From the NCBI RefSeq assembly GCF_032444005.1, contig NC_091283.1:384772001-384836000 (forward strand): DNA of 64,000 nucleotides, given 5' to 3'. A program made the position numbers and the translations under genes. Origin of the DNA: Ranitomeya imitator (Eukaryota). Below the pieces are notes generated by a model. That model searched no databases, was not told the DNA's origin, and worked only from the letters and a program-made list of their open reading frames with translations. Shown here in pieces: positions 37,932-49,200 of this stretch; position 1 is the stretch's first letter; every line of letters begins with the position of its first letter.

Positions 37932-40762
37932 TGTTCCATTTCTGTCTATTTCGTCATCCGCCCCTTCTGAGGTCCCAGAGTTCTTGTCGGATTACCGGGA
38001 TGTATTTGATGAGCCCAAGTCCAGGGCCCTACCTCCGCATAGGGATTGCGATTGTGCTATCGATTTGATTCCTGGTAGTAAGTTTCCCAAGGGTCGACTG
38101 TTTAATTTGTCTGTGCCTGAGCACGCTGCTATGCGGAGTTACGTAAAGGAATCCTTGGAGAAGGGTCATATTCGCCCGTCGTCGTCGCCATTGGGAGCAG
38201 GGTTCTTTTTTGTGGCCAAGAAGGATGGTTCGCTGAGACCTTGTATTGATTACCGCCTTCTAAATAAAATCACAGTCAAATTTCAGTACCCCTTGCCGCT
38301 GCTGTCTGATTTGTTTGCTCGGATTAAGGGGGCTAGTTGGTTCACCAAGATAGATCTTCGTGGTGCGTATAATCTTGTGCGTATTAAACAGGGCGATGAA
38401 TGGAAAACAGCATTTAATACGAACGAGGGCCATTTTGAGTACCTGGTTATGCCATTCGGGCTTTCTAATGCTCCATCAGTATTTCAATCCTTTATGCATG
38501 ACATCTTCCGAGAGTACCTGGATAAATTCCTGATTGTATACTTGGATGATATTTTGGTCTTCTCGGATGATTGGGAGTCTCACGTGAGGCAGGTTAGAAT
38601 GGTGTTCCAGGTCCTGCGTGCGAATTCTTTGTATGTGAAGGGGTCAAATTGTCTCTTTGGTGTTCAGAAGGTTTCATTTTTGGGTTTCATTTTTTCCCCT
38701 TCTACTATCGAGATGGACCCTGTTAAGGTCCAGGCCATTTATGATTGGACTCAGCCGACATCTCTGAAGAGTCTGCAAAAGTTCCTGGGCTTTGCTAATT
38801 TTTATCGTCGCTTCATCAATAATTTTTCTAGTATTGCTAAACCGTTGACTGATTTAACCAAGAAGGGTGCTGATGTGGTCAATTGGTCTTCTGCTGCTGT
38901 GGAAGCTTTTCAGGAGTTGAAACGTCGTTTTTCTTCTGCCCCTGTATTGTGCCAACCGGATGTTTCGCTCCCGTTCCAGGTCGAGGTTGATGCTTCTGAG
39001 ATTGGAGCAGGGGCTGTTTTGTCGCAATGAAGTTCTGATTCCTCGGTGATGAAGCCATGTGCCTTCTTTTCCAGGAAGTTTTCGCCTGCTGAGCTTAATT
39101 ATGATGTTGGCAATAGAGAGATGCTGGCCATGAAGTGGGCATTCGAGGAGTGGCGTCATTGGCTTGAAGTAGCTAAGCATCGCGTGGTGGTCTTGACTGA
39201 TCACAAGAACTTGACTTATCTTGAGTCTGCCAAACGGTTGAATCCTAGACAGGCTCATTGGTCGCTGTTTTTCTCCCGTTTTGACTTTGTGGTTTCGTAC
39301 CTTCCGGGCTCTAAAAATGTGAAGGCGGATGCCCTGTCTAGGAGTTTTGTGCCCGACTCTCCGGGTTTGCCCGAGCCGGTGGGTATTCTCAAAGAGGGGG
39401 TAATTTTGTCTGCCATCTTCCCTGATTTGCGGCGGGTGTTGCAAAAATTTCAGGCTAATAGACCTGACCGTTGCCCAGCGGAGAAACTGTTTGTCCCTGA
39501 TAAATGGACGAGTAGAGTTATCTCTGAGGTTCATTGTTCGGTGTTGGCTGGTCATCCTGGAATCTTTGATACCAGAGATTTGGTGGCTAGATCCTTTTGG
39601 TGGCCGTCTCTGTCACGGGATGTGCGTTCGTTTGTGCAGTCCTGTGGGATTTGTGCTCGGGCTAAGCCCTGCTGTTCTCGTGCCAGTGGGTTGCTTTTGC
39701 CCTTGCCGGTCCCAAAGAGGCCCTGGACACATATCTCTATGGATTTTATTTCGGATCTCCCCATCTCTCAAAAGATGTCGGTCATTTGGGTGGTTTGTGA
39801 TCGCTTCTCTAAGATGGTCCATTTGGTACCCTTGTCTAAATTGCCCTCCTACTCTGATTTGGTGCCATTGTTTTTCCAGCATGTGGTTCGTTTACATAGC
39901 ATTCCGGAGAACATCGTTTCTGACAGAGGTTCCCAGTTTGTTTCGAGGTTTTGGCGAGCCTTTTGTGCTAGGATGGGCATTGATTTGTCTTTTTCCTTGG
40001 TTTTCCATCCTCAGACAAATGGCCAAACCGAACGAACCAGTTTCTGCTGATCAGGATGATTGGGTGTCCTTTTTGCCGTTGGCTGAGTTCGCCCTTAATA
40101 ATCGGGCCAGCTCGGCTACTCTGGTTTCGCCGTTTTTCTGCAATTCTGGTTTCCATCCTCGTTTCTCTTCAGGGCAGTTTGAGTCTTCAGACTGTCCTGG
40201 TGTGGATACTGTGGTGGATAGGTTGCAACAGATTTGGACTCATGTAGTGGACAATTTGACATTGTCCCAGGAGAAGGCTCAACGTTTCGCTAACCGCAGG
40301 CGCAGTGTGGGTCCCCGACTTCGTGTTGGGGATTTGGTTTGGTTGTCGTCTCGTTATATTCCTATGAAAGTTTCCTCTCCTAAGTTTAAGCCTCGTTTCA
40401 TTGGTCCGTATAGGATTTCTGAGGTTCTTAATCCTGCGTCTTTTCGTTTGACCCTTCCAGCTTCCTTTTCCATCCATAATGTATTCCATAGGTCATTGTT
40501 GCGGAGATACGTGGCACCTGTGGTTCCATCTGTTGATCCTCCTGCCCCGGTTTTGGTTGAGGGGGAGTTGGAGTATATAGTGGAGAAGATTTTGGATTCT
40601 CGCATTTCGAGACGGAAACTCCAGTACCTGGTTAAGTGGAAGGGTTATGGTCAGGAAGATAATTCCTGGGTATTTGCCTCTGATGTTCATGCTGCCGATC
40701 TGGTTCGTGCCTTTCATTTGGCTCATCCTGGTTGGCCGGGGGGTCTGGTGAGGGTTCGGTGA
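37825..40762 (+). pseudogene. pol: Gypsy pol: RT, RNase H, integrase, chromodomain; one stop near 39028 and a frameshifting deletion near 40040
   Basis: LRPCIDYR, KIDLRGAY, MPFGL.NAP, VYLDDILV, DASEIG, TDHKNL, HHCC zinc finger, MDFI, SDRGSQF, HPQTNGQTER, YIVEKILDSR...YLVKWKGY..EDNSW. Confidence 0.93.
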
Positions 40763-40785
40763 CCCCTCCTCAAGGGGGGGGGTAC

Positions 40786-41605
40786 TGTTGTGAATTCTGT
40801 GGTCAAGCTCCCTCCTGTGGTCATGAGTGGTACTTCGGCTGGTTCTGTCTATGAGCTTCCTCTGGTGGATGTGAGTGGGGCTGCGGCTTCTGAGTTCCCT
40901 TCCTCAGGTGACGAGGTTAAGTCGTTAGGTGCTGCTCTATTTAACTCCACCTAGTTCTTTGTTCCTGGCCTCCAGTCAATGTTCCAGTATTGGTCTTGCT
41001 CTCTCCTGGATCGTCTTGTGGCCTGTCTGCCCTGCATAAACTAAGTTCTGCTTGTGCTACTTTTGTTTGCTATTTTTTCTGTCCAGCTTGCTATATTGGT
41101 TTTTCTTGCTTGCTCGAAGCTCTGGGACGCAGAGGGAGCACCTCCGTGCCGTTAGTCGGTACGGAGGGTCTTTTTGCGCCCTCTGCGTGGTTGTTTGTAG
41201 GTTTTTGTGCTGACCGCAAAGCTATCTTTACTATCCTCGGTCTATTCAGTAAGTCGGGCCTCACTTTGCTAAAACCTATTTCATCTCTGTGTTTGTATTT
41301 TCATCTTTACTCACAGTCATTATATGTGGGGGGCTGCCTTTTCCTTTGGGGAATTTCTCTGAGGCAAGGTAGGCTTATTTTTCTATCTTCAGGGCTAGCT
41401 AGTTTCTCAGGCTGTGCCCGAGGCGCCTAGGTCTGATCAGGAGCGCTCCACGGCTACCTCTAGTGTGGTGTGATAGGATTAGGGATTGCGGTCAGCAGAG
41501 TTCCCACGTCTCAGAGCTCGTCCTATGTTATTAGTAACTATCAGGTCACTTTGTGTGCTCTTAACCACCAGGTCCATTGTGTTTCTGAATCACCAGTTCA
41601 TAACA
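40786..41605 (+). repeat. 3' LTR of the Gypsy element
   Basis: Follows the polypurine tract; 820-bp copy of the 5' LTR. Confidence 0.95.
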
Positions 41606-42097
41606 CCACCCGCCGTCAAACACACCGCCGTACTATGAGGGGCCCTGTGCCAGTGCCAACTAGTGGGCCCCCCTGCTTGCTCAGGATCACAGCACTTGCA
41701 AAGTTGAAATACTTACCTCTCCCTGCTCCACCGCCGTGACGTATTCCGCGTTTCCAGGGCCCACGAAAATCTTGAGCCAGCCCTACCCCCCCCCACAACT
41801 TGAGCCAAATGACCCCCTGTTTTCAATGCCTAACTATTATTATAAAGTAAATTAAGATTGACAAGCTTCAGTAATACGAATTGATGTTTTCGGCATTAAA
41901 ATGGACACTGTAGGTGTTTTCCTGTCCTCCACTCACTGCCGACTTTGATTCCCCATTGACTTGCATTGGGTTTCGTGTTTCAGTCGGCCACCGACTTTTC
42001 GCAATAATCGGCCGATTTCACCCGACCCGACTTTTGTGAATGTCGGGTTTCGCGAAATCTGACTCGATCCTAAAAAAGTAAAAGTCGCTCTTCTCTA

Positions 42098-42182
42098 GTG
42101 GGAAGTTGTACCATTAGAATATATTGCAGGAGATGAGACAGCAATCAGAGGTGGGAAGTTGTACCATTAGAATATATTGCAG
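42098..42182 (+). repeat. Distal remainder (~1.6 units) of the 53-bp satellite
   Basis: Resumes in register immediately after the hAT TSD. Confidence 0.93.
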
Positions 42183-42427
42183 TGCAATATAAAACAAAGT
42201 GATCATTTTTCAGTCTGAAACCACATTAGAATGAGAATTTTCAGCACTTTACGTAGGCATGGTTGTCAGTGAAATTTTGAAAAACTCCTAACCTCTTTAG
42301 TTTTTCTTGTCAAAAGTATTAGTACTGAGAACATTATGATTGAGGGAAAAAATACAATGAAAGGGGATCCACAGGACATACACGAATTGTTGAGGAACAT
42401 ATCAATACTATCTGAGGCAGTGACCAG

Positions 42428-43237
42428 TGTTACATGTGAGGGTTGCTGTTTTTTCACCCCAGGATGCGCAAGGAGGCACATTGAGGCCATGGGAGTGCAT
42501 TGCAGTCACAGGCGTAGCTGTGATTGCAATTAAAAACAAAAGTGAGTGTTAGTCTTGGACAAGCTATTTGTCCAGGGCAGATTTGAGAAAACCTGCTGAG
42601 CTTTTGTTTTTAAACTGACTACAGGATGGTAGTTTGCCAGTCTATTTCCTTCCTGGCCTGGTTTTCTATGTGGCCGAAGGCTACAGGTTCTTTGGTTAAA
42701 AGCCCTGCAGTAAAGGGTTTGGGTGTGTCAGGGTTAGAGTTAGTATCAGTCTGGTGTTTGCTAGATTGCAGAGCAGTCGGCTCTGCAGAGCTCCACCTGT
42801 GTGAGGCAACACAGGCAAGCAGAGCCAAACAGCCAGGGGAGGTGGGATGCCTGGCACCCACAGGGAACACAGCAGTGCAGTCGCCCACAGAAACTGGTCT
42901 TGGAGTTGGACTGGATTGTTTATTGGCTGCAAACTGGAGGATATGGTTCCAGGCTGGGATCCGGAGGATATCGTGTACTGTGTGAGTTGGACATTAATGC
43001 TGTCAAGTGTACACATTAAAGAGACTTTTGTTTGGAACTTTGCTGGGTCACTGCCTCATCACTGCATAGCATGGATACTGCTGCACAAATTGTAGGTAGC
43101 GCACAGTGTTGTAAATTTTTCACTGACTACATGACTGGTGTCCAACTAATGTGTTTGAAATCACTCATTTTTCCTTTGGTGTCCAAATAATGTGTTTGAA
43201 ATCACTCATTTTTCCTTGGCACAGATGGGCTATAACA
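42428..43237. mobile_element. Possible solo LTR
   Basis: TGTTA...TAACA termini 810 bp apart with near-TSD CCAG/TCAG; no coding sequence. Confidence 0.4.
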
Positions 43238-43386
43238 TCAGATGAATAGTTGCTGTGCCACCATCTATCAGGTGTCATCATTTAAGGCTTGTGGAGGTAG
43301 AGTAAGGGCGGTCGATTTTCTCCTTCACCTCATTGGGGGACACAGACCGTGGGTGTATGCTGCTGCCACTAGGAGGCTGACACTAA

Positions 43387-44966
43387 GGCCGGCGTCACAC
43401 ACAGCGTATGAAAATACGGTCCGTATATTTCGGCCGTAATACGCTGAAAAGTCCCGAAAATAGTGGTCTGTAGCTCCTCCGTAGGCAGGGTGTGTCACCG
43501 TTTTTTGCGCATGGCATCCTCCGTATGTAATCCGTATGGCATCCGTACTGCGTGTTTTTCTCGCAGGCTTGCCAAACCAACATACGGCCATACAAGGGAT
43601 CCATGTGTTAAAAAAAAACAAAACATATATACTGTTATATATATATATATATGTCAGTGAGACACATATATGTATATATATTATTACTTCATACAGCGCG
43701 AGATAGCAGAAAGCCGGTAATTCAATTACCGGCTTTTGCTTTCTCCTTCCTAAACCCGACATGATATGAGACCTGGTTTACATACAATAAACCATCTCAT
43801 ATCCCCATTTTTTTTGCATATTCCACACTACTAATGTTAGTAGTGTGTATATGCAAAATTTGGCCGTTCTAGCTAGTAAAATAAGGGGTTAAATGGCGGA
43901 AAAAATTGGCATGGGCTCCCGCACAATTTTCTCCGCCAGAGTAGTAAAGCCAGTGACTGAGGGCAGATATTAATAGCCTGGAGAGGGTCCATGGTTATTG
44001 GCCCCCCCCTGGCTAAAAACATCTGCCCCCAGCCACCCCAGAAATGGCACATCTGGAAGATGCGCCTATTCTGGCACTTGGCCACTCTCTTCCCATTCCC
44101 GTGTAGCGGTGGGATATGGGGTAATGAAGGGTTAATGCCACCTTGCTATTGTAAGGTGACATTAAGCCAAATTAATAATGGAGAGGCCTCAATTATGACA
44201 CCTATCCATTATTAATCTAATACTAGTAAAGGGTTAAAATAAAAACACACACATTATTAAAAATTAATTTACTGAAAAAATCACAAAGGTTGTTGTATTA
44301 ATTTATTCTACTCTCAATCCACTCACTGAAGACCCTCGATCTGTAAATTAAAAAAAAAAAGTAAACCAACAATATACATACCTTCCGAGGATCTGGCACG
44401 TCCAACGATGTAGATCCATCTGAAGGGGTTAAAATATTTTGCAGACACGAGCTCCGCTAATGCAGGCTGCTCATTTCTGCAAAACCCCGGCGAATGAAGC
44501 TAAATATAGGTCAATGATCTATATTTAGCTTCATTTGCGGTGAGGCGCCCTCTGCTGGCTGTTCCTAATCGTGGGAACTTTCCTAGAAAGCTCCCTGGCT
44601 CGAGTTCATATGAGGACAACCAGCAGAGGGCGCCCTCTTATGATCTCGAGCCTGGGAGCTTTTTAGGAAAGTTCCCACGATCTAACAGCGCTGCGTATTC
44701 CTCGCAAGTCACACTGCTGGTCCATGTGTAATCCGTATTTTTGGGGCTTCCATAGACTTTCATTGACGTTTTATTTGCGCAATACGGTGACAAACGCAGC
44801 ATGCTGCGATTTTCTACGGCTGTAGAAAGCCGTATAATACGGATCAGTTTAATACGGCAGATAGGATCAGGGGCATAGAGAATAATTGTGCCGTATTTTT
44901 TGCGAGTTTTACAGACGTAGTTTCTGCGCTCTTACGTCCGTAAAACTCGCAAGTGTGACGCCGGCC
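43387..44966. mobile_element. PIF/Harbinger-type non-autonomous element (family B)
   Basis: TIRs GGCCGGCGTCACAC / GTGTGACGCCGGCC; TAA duplicated at 43384-43386 and 44967-44969; internal palindromes and (TA)n. Confidence 0.8.
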
Positions 44967-46204
44967 TAAGTGATACAAAGAAAGTTAGCTCCTCCTCTTC
45001 AGTATACACCCTACAGCCAGTTCTTTCCTAGTGTCCGTAGGAGGCACACGGACGGGTCTGCTATTCAGACCCAAAACTCTTATTATTTTACTTTTCAATT
45101 TTTACTCTTAAACTTTTTGATTTTTAATTTTTCCATGGACGAATGGGGCGACGGATCCTTTCAAAGTTCCGATCTCCCCAAACCATCAACAGGCGAGCAC
45201 GGAGAGTGTCGCCTCTCCGTATCCTCTCCTGCGAATTGAGATGCCACTTTTGAGCTGATTTTTAGGGGTGACGGGTCCCTTCAAGGACACCGATCTCTCC
45301 GCACTGTCAATTGACGAGCATGAGTGTCGCCTCCATGTATCCTCTTCTGCAGCCAGGCCTAATGCTGGACAACTGGCCCTGTCCACCTGGGGGCTGAAAT
45401 CTGTGGATGTACAGAGGCACCCTCTCTTTGGCGTCCGAGCAGTCCCCACTGTACCACCACTGTTAAAGCTGATGGCACAAGAAGGCGGACGGTCCCTCTC
45501 CACCTCCCTAACAAAGGGATGGTGATTGAGGTTTTCCCCTTTATCCCTGCACCGTCCACGCTGCAATACCTGACCTGCAGCAGAACAGTAGAGTGTGCGC
45601 GCTTTCCTTGGCGCTGAAACCCAGCCATCTGCGGCGGCTCCATGCCGGGACGTGCACCGATGGTGAGTGGATCCAGTCGGCAATGGGCCTCTGGAGTGGG
45701 ATATTCACATGCTGACAGGCAGCCATGGCTTCCCTGTGGCCCACCTCCCTGAGGCAACGCTCTGGCCCACTGCAAAAATTTAGCCCCCGGCTTTGGCCGA
45801 TGTGTAGGCCTCATCCCGGAAGCGGCGCCCACACTATTGCGCACCCACTTTTCTGGCGCTTTTCGCCTGACACGGGAGCGCTCGGTTTTCTCGGCCACTC
45901 CAACGCCCCTCACGTCTACCCTTGGTATTGATCCCGCCAGCTGCAAAACTTTAGGCCCCAGGTTGGGCCTATTCATGGAAGTCACGAGGCTTCGCCCACA
46001 TCGCGCCTGTGGCTCCGCCCCCCTAATTGGCGCCTCTCGCTCTCTGCGAGACTTTACAACTCTGCAAGTCCCGGCGGCCATCTTGGTCCGCCCGGCCGGC
46101 TTACACAGGGGCGACGGTTTTGTATTAAAGAGGCACAACGACGCTGCAACATCAGTACCCGGGTAAGGAAGTACTGCTCTCCCCCTGCATTTTCCCCTGT
46201 ACTT

Positions 46205-46345
46205 AACATGTAATCCCTGGTCATAAAGGCACCTGACCAGTATTCCCTGGTCTTAAAGGCACATGACCAGTATTCCCTGGTTTTAAGGCACTTGACCAGC
46301 ATTCCTCGGTCTCAAAGGCACATGACCAGTATTCCCTGATCTTAA
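46205..46345 (+). repeat. ~30-bp minisatellite
   Basis: About 4-5 copies of ggcacatgaccagtattccctggtcttaaa. Confidence 0.75.
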
Positions 46346-47510
46346 AGGCACATGACCAAGACACTTAATATACAAATTAAGGGGGCACCACGGTCAGTGG
46401 GATACACACCAAGAGCTATGGGGTAACCAATATTAGAACACAAAGAAGCAGAATAGGTCATATAAATAGGGATCACCACACATTTGGATATGGCAAAAGT
46501 TAAACACAGCTTTATTTAGGTACATCAACAGACAATAACAAGGCACTAACATTTAAAAACATTTAAAACAGGGGCATGTTTCTCAGTCGCCCATGACAGC
46601 ATTACCAGAGAGAGGGAATCCGCCCTTCAGGGACAGGAAACCTACAGGATAAAAAGGGCGGTACCTCTCTCCTGCGTCAGTTTGGTTTCCTGTCCCTGAC
46701 AGGGAACCCTCTAGGATCGGTACCTGGAGATCCGGAGCCGACCAGTCGACCTATGACGGCGGGGAGGCCCCTGTCACGGCTGGCGCGGTGTCCGACGCTG
46801 CCCCTTCTGGGTCCGATGGGGCTGCAGAGTGCGTGGAGGGAAGCGCGGCCGCCTCCCCGGATTGGGGCAGGGGCTTCAGGGACCCGGTGTGCCTCAGCGC
46901 CATGCAGAGGCACTTCCTGATTCGGAGCGGCGGCACGGTGTGTGTGAGAGCACCAAGATGGCCGCCGCACCGGATATAGATACGACTACTTCCGGGTCCC
47001 GGGCAGAGCGCGCATGCGCAGTTGAATCAAGGGGATCAGCGCTTCCCTGGAACGCAGCCCTGGAGGAGGTGGTGAATCGGTGCCAAAAGTATAGCTATTT
47101 AAAAACCGCTGTGGAGTCGCTCTTTGCTGCATGCAGTCCTAATAATGGAGGACAGTGATCAGCAGCTCCAGCCGGCGCAGCCCTTACAGCAGCAGCGTCA
47201 CCACCAGGGCAAGCCAGATGCGCAAAAATAAAGGTCCTCTGCAGGCACCCGCAGTACCCGCTCCAGCAGCCATTCCACGCCGCAGAGTAAAGCCTCCAAT
47301 ATGGCTAACCAGCCGACACCATCTACTTCGGATCTCATACAGGATCCTATACCTCCTCCAGAACCGGTACCTGTGGCTGCGCAAGATGGGTGAGTGATCG
47401 TCGTGAAAGGTCACCAAATAATTGGGGTCCTCTTTTCCGTTTGTTTTTAGGCAAGAAAAAGAACGGAGAAAACTAAGCATAGAGCCTGCCCCTTATGCAG
47501 AGAACCCCTG

Positions 47511-49080
47511 TTGCAAAACTGGGATAAGAAATTGAGCGGTTCCTGTATAGGACAAGTCCTTTGTGGTGAAGAAACCCTTAGTTTCGCCTCTGAATTACGA
47601 TCTGTAATAAGATCAGAGGTAGAAACAGCATTTAAATCCCTTAAAGGGGAAGGGGTTAAGGAGAAAACACCTGTACCCTATTCTCACTCCGATTCTTCTA
47701 GTTCTGAGGGGGATGCTTCAGACAGACAGGGTTCCTCCTCCTCCTCGGATTCTGAGAGTGGAGGCCGCCACTGCTTCCCCTTAGACGAAGTAGATGCCCT
47801 TGTGAAGGCCGTAAGATCGACCATGGGGGTCCTAGATCTACGTCCTGACAAAACAGTACAAGACACTATGTTTGGAGGCCTGGGCCAGAAAAGGCGTAGA
47901 GTCTTTCCACTTAATGAAAATGTTCAAGCCTTAATTAAAAAGGAGTGGGAGAGACCAGAAAGAAAAAATTCATCCGTGCCCTCCCTTAAAAGGAAATATC
48001 CCTTTGAAGAAGAGGCTTCTACGTCATGGGACAAGGCCCCTAAAGTTGGCGTAGCAGTAGCCAAAGTGTCAAAAAAATTTGCATTGCCCTTTGAGGACAT
48101 GGGAACTCTGAAAGATCCCCTCGATAAAAGAGCCGATACCTTCCTTAAAGGGGCCTGGGAATCGGCAGGGGGATGTTTAAGGCCTGCAATAGCAGCCGTG
48201 TGTACTTCCAGATCTTTAATGATTCGGATAGATAACTTAGAAATACAACTAAAGGTACCGTCACACATAACGATATCGTTAACGATATCGTTGCTTTTTG
48301 TGACGTAGCAACGATATCGTTAAGGAAATCGTTATGTGTGACAGCGACCAACGATCAGGCCCCTGCTGGGAGATCGTTGGTCGCTGAGGAAAGTCCAGAA
48401 CTTTATTTCGTCGCTGGACTTCCCGCTGACATCACTGGATCGGCGTGTGTGACACCGATCCAGCGATGTCTTCACCGGTAACCAGGGTAAACATCAGGTT
48501 ACTAAGCGCAGGGCCGCGCTTAGTAACCCGATGTTTACCCTGGTTACCAGCGTAAACGTTAAAAAAACAAACACTACATACTTACCTTCAGCTGTCTGTC
48601 CCCGGCGCTGTGCTTCTCTGCACTCCTCCTGCATCCTGTGTCAGCGCCAGCCAGCCGGAAAGCACAGCGGTGACGTCACCGCTCTGCTTTACGGCTGACC
48701 GGCGCTGACAGTGCAGAGGAAAGCAGAGCGCCGGGGACAGACAGCTGAAGGTAAGTATGTAGTGTTTGTTTTTTTAACGTATACGCTGGTAACCAGGGTA
48801 AACATCGGGTTACTAAGCGCGGCCTTAGTAACCCGATGTTTACCCTGGTTACCGGGGACCTCGGGATCATTGGTCGCTGGAGAGCTGTCTGTGTGACAGC
48901 TCTCCAGCGACCAAACAGCGACGCTGCAGCGATCGACATCGTTGTTGGTATCGCTGCAGCGTCGCTTAGTGTGACGGTACCTTAAGAGACGTGGTATCCA
49001 GACATAAAATGATTGAATCAATTCCCATGATTAGAGGGGCGGCAGCCTTTTTGGCAGACTCGTCAGCCGATTCAATCTAA
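47511..49080 (+). pseudogene. gag: DIRS gag-like ORF interrupted by a Harbinger MITE
   Basis: FPLNENVQALIKKEWERP, W..APKV.VAVAK, LKDPLDKR; the frame rejoins across the MITE as LEIQLRDVVSRHKMIESIP..AAAFLADSSADSI*. Confidence 0.75.
48253..48982. mobile_element. PIF/Harbinger-type MITE (family A, second copy)
   Basis: AGGTACCGTCACAC...GTGTGACGGTACCT; TAA duplicated at 48250-48252 and 48983-48985; homologous throughout to 1706-2429. Confidence 0.82.
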
Positions 49081-49200
49081 CTTACTTCAAAATCGGCAGC
49101 CTTATCTAATGCAGCTCGTAGGACGCTATGGCTAAAAAGTTGGCCGGGCGACCTACAGACTAAACAAAACCTTTGTTCAATCCCATGTGAGGGGAAATTT

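Larger units (their letters stand above)
35800..41605 (+). mobile_element. Full-length Gypsy/Ty3 chromovirus-type LTR retrotransposon (defective)
   Basis: Two 820-bp LTRs (TGTTG...TAACA), polypurine tract at 40772-40782, gag-pro-RT-RH-INT-chromodomain order. No clean TSD. Confidence 0.95.
29437..42097 (+). mobile_element. hAT-superfamily DNA transposon inserted into the satellite
   Basis: 8-bp TSD GTGGGAAG at 29429-29436 and 42098-42105; TIRs TAGGGTTGAGCGA / TCGCTCTTCTCTA; internal transposase remnants. Confidence 0.92.
43315..46345 (+). mobile_element. 5' part of a second DIRS-like element (truncated)
   Basis: Begins (a)ttttctccttcacctcattgggggacacag, resembling amphibian DIRS left termini as I recall them; GC-rich gag-like region follows; interrupted by a MITE. 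No RT or YR seen for this copy. Confidence 0.45.

Noticed and set aside
42260-43130. Alternative element boundaries from a tgtcagtgaaa / tttcactgac inverted match
   Set aside because: The match is short and imperfect with no TSD; the 42428-43237 solo-LTR reading fits slightly better, itself at low confidence.
45186-47480. Overlapping GC-rich ORFs as independent genes
   Set aside because: No motifs recognised; they fall in DIRS leader/gag regions where high GC content suppresses stops.
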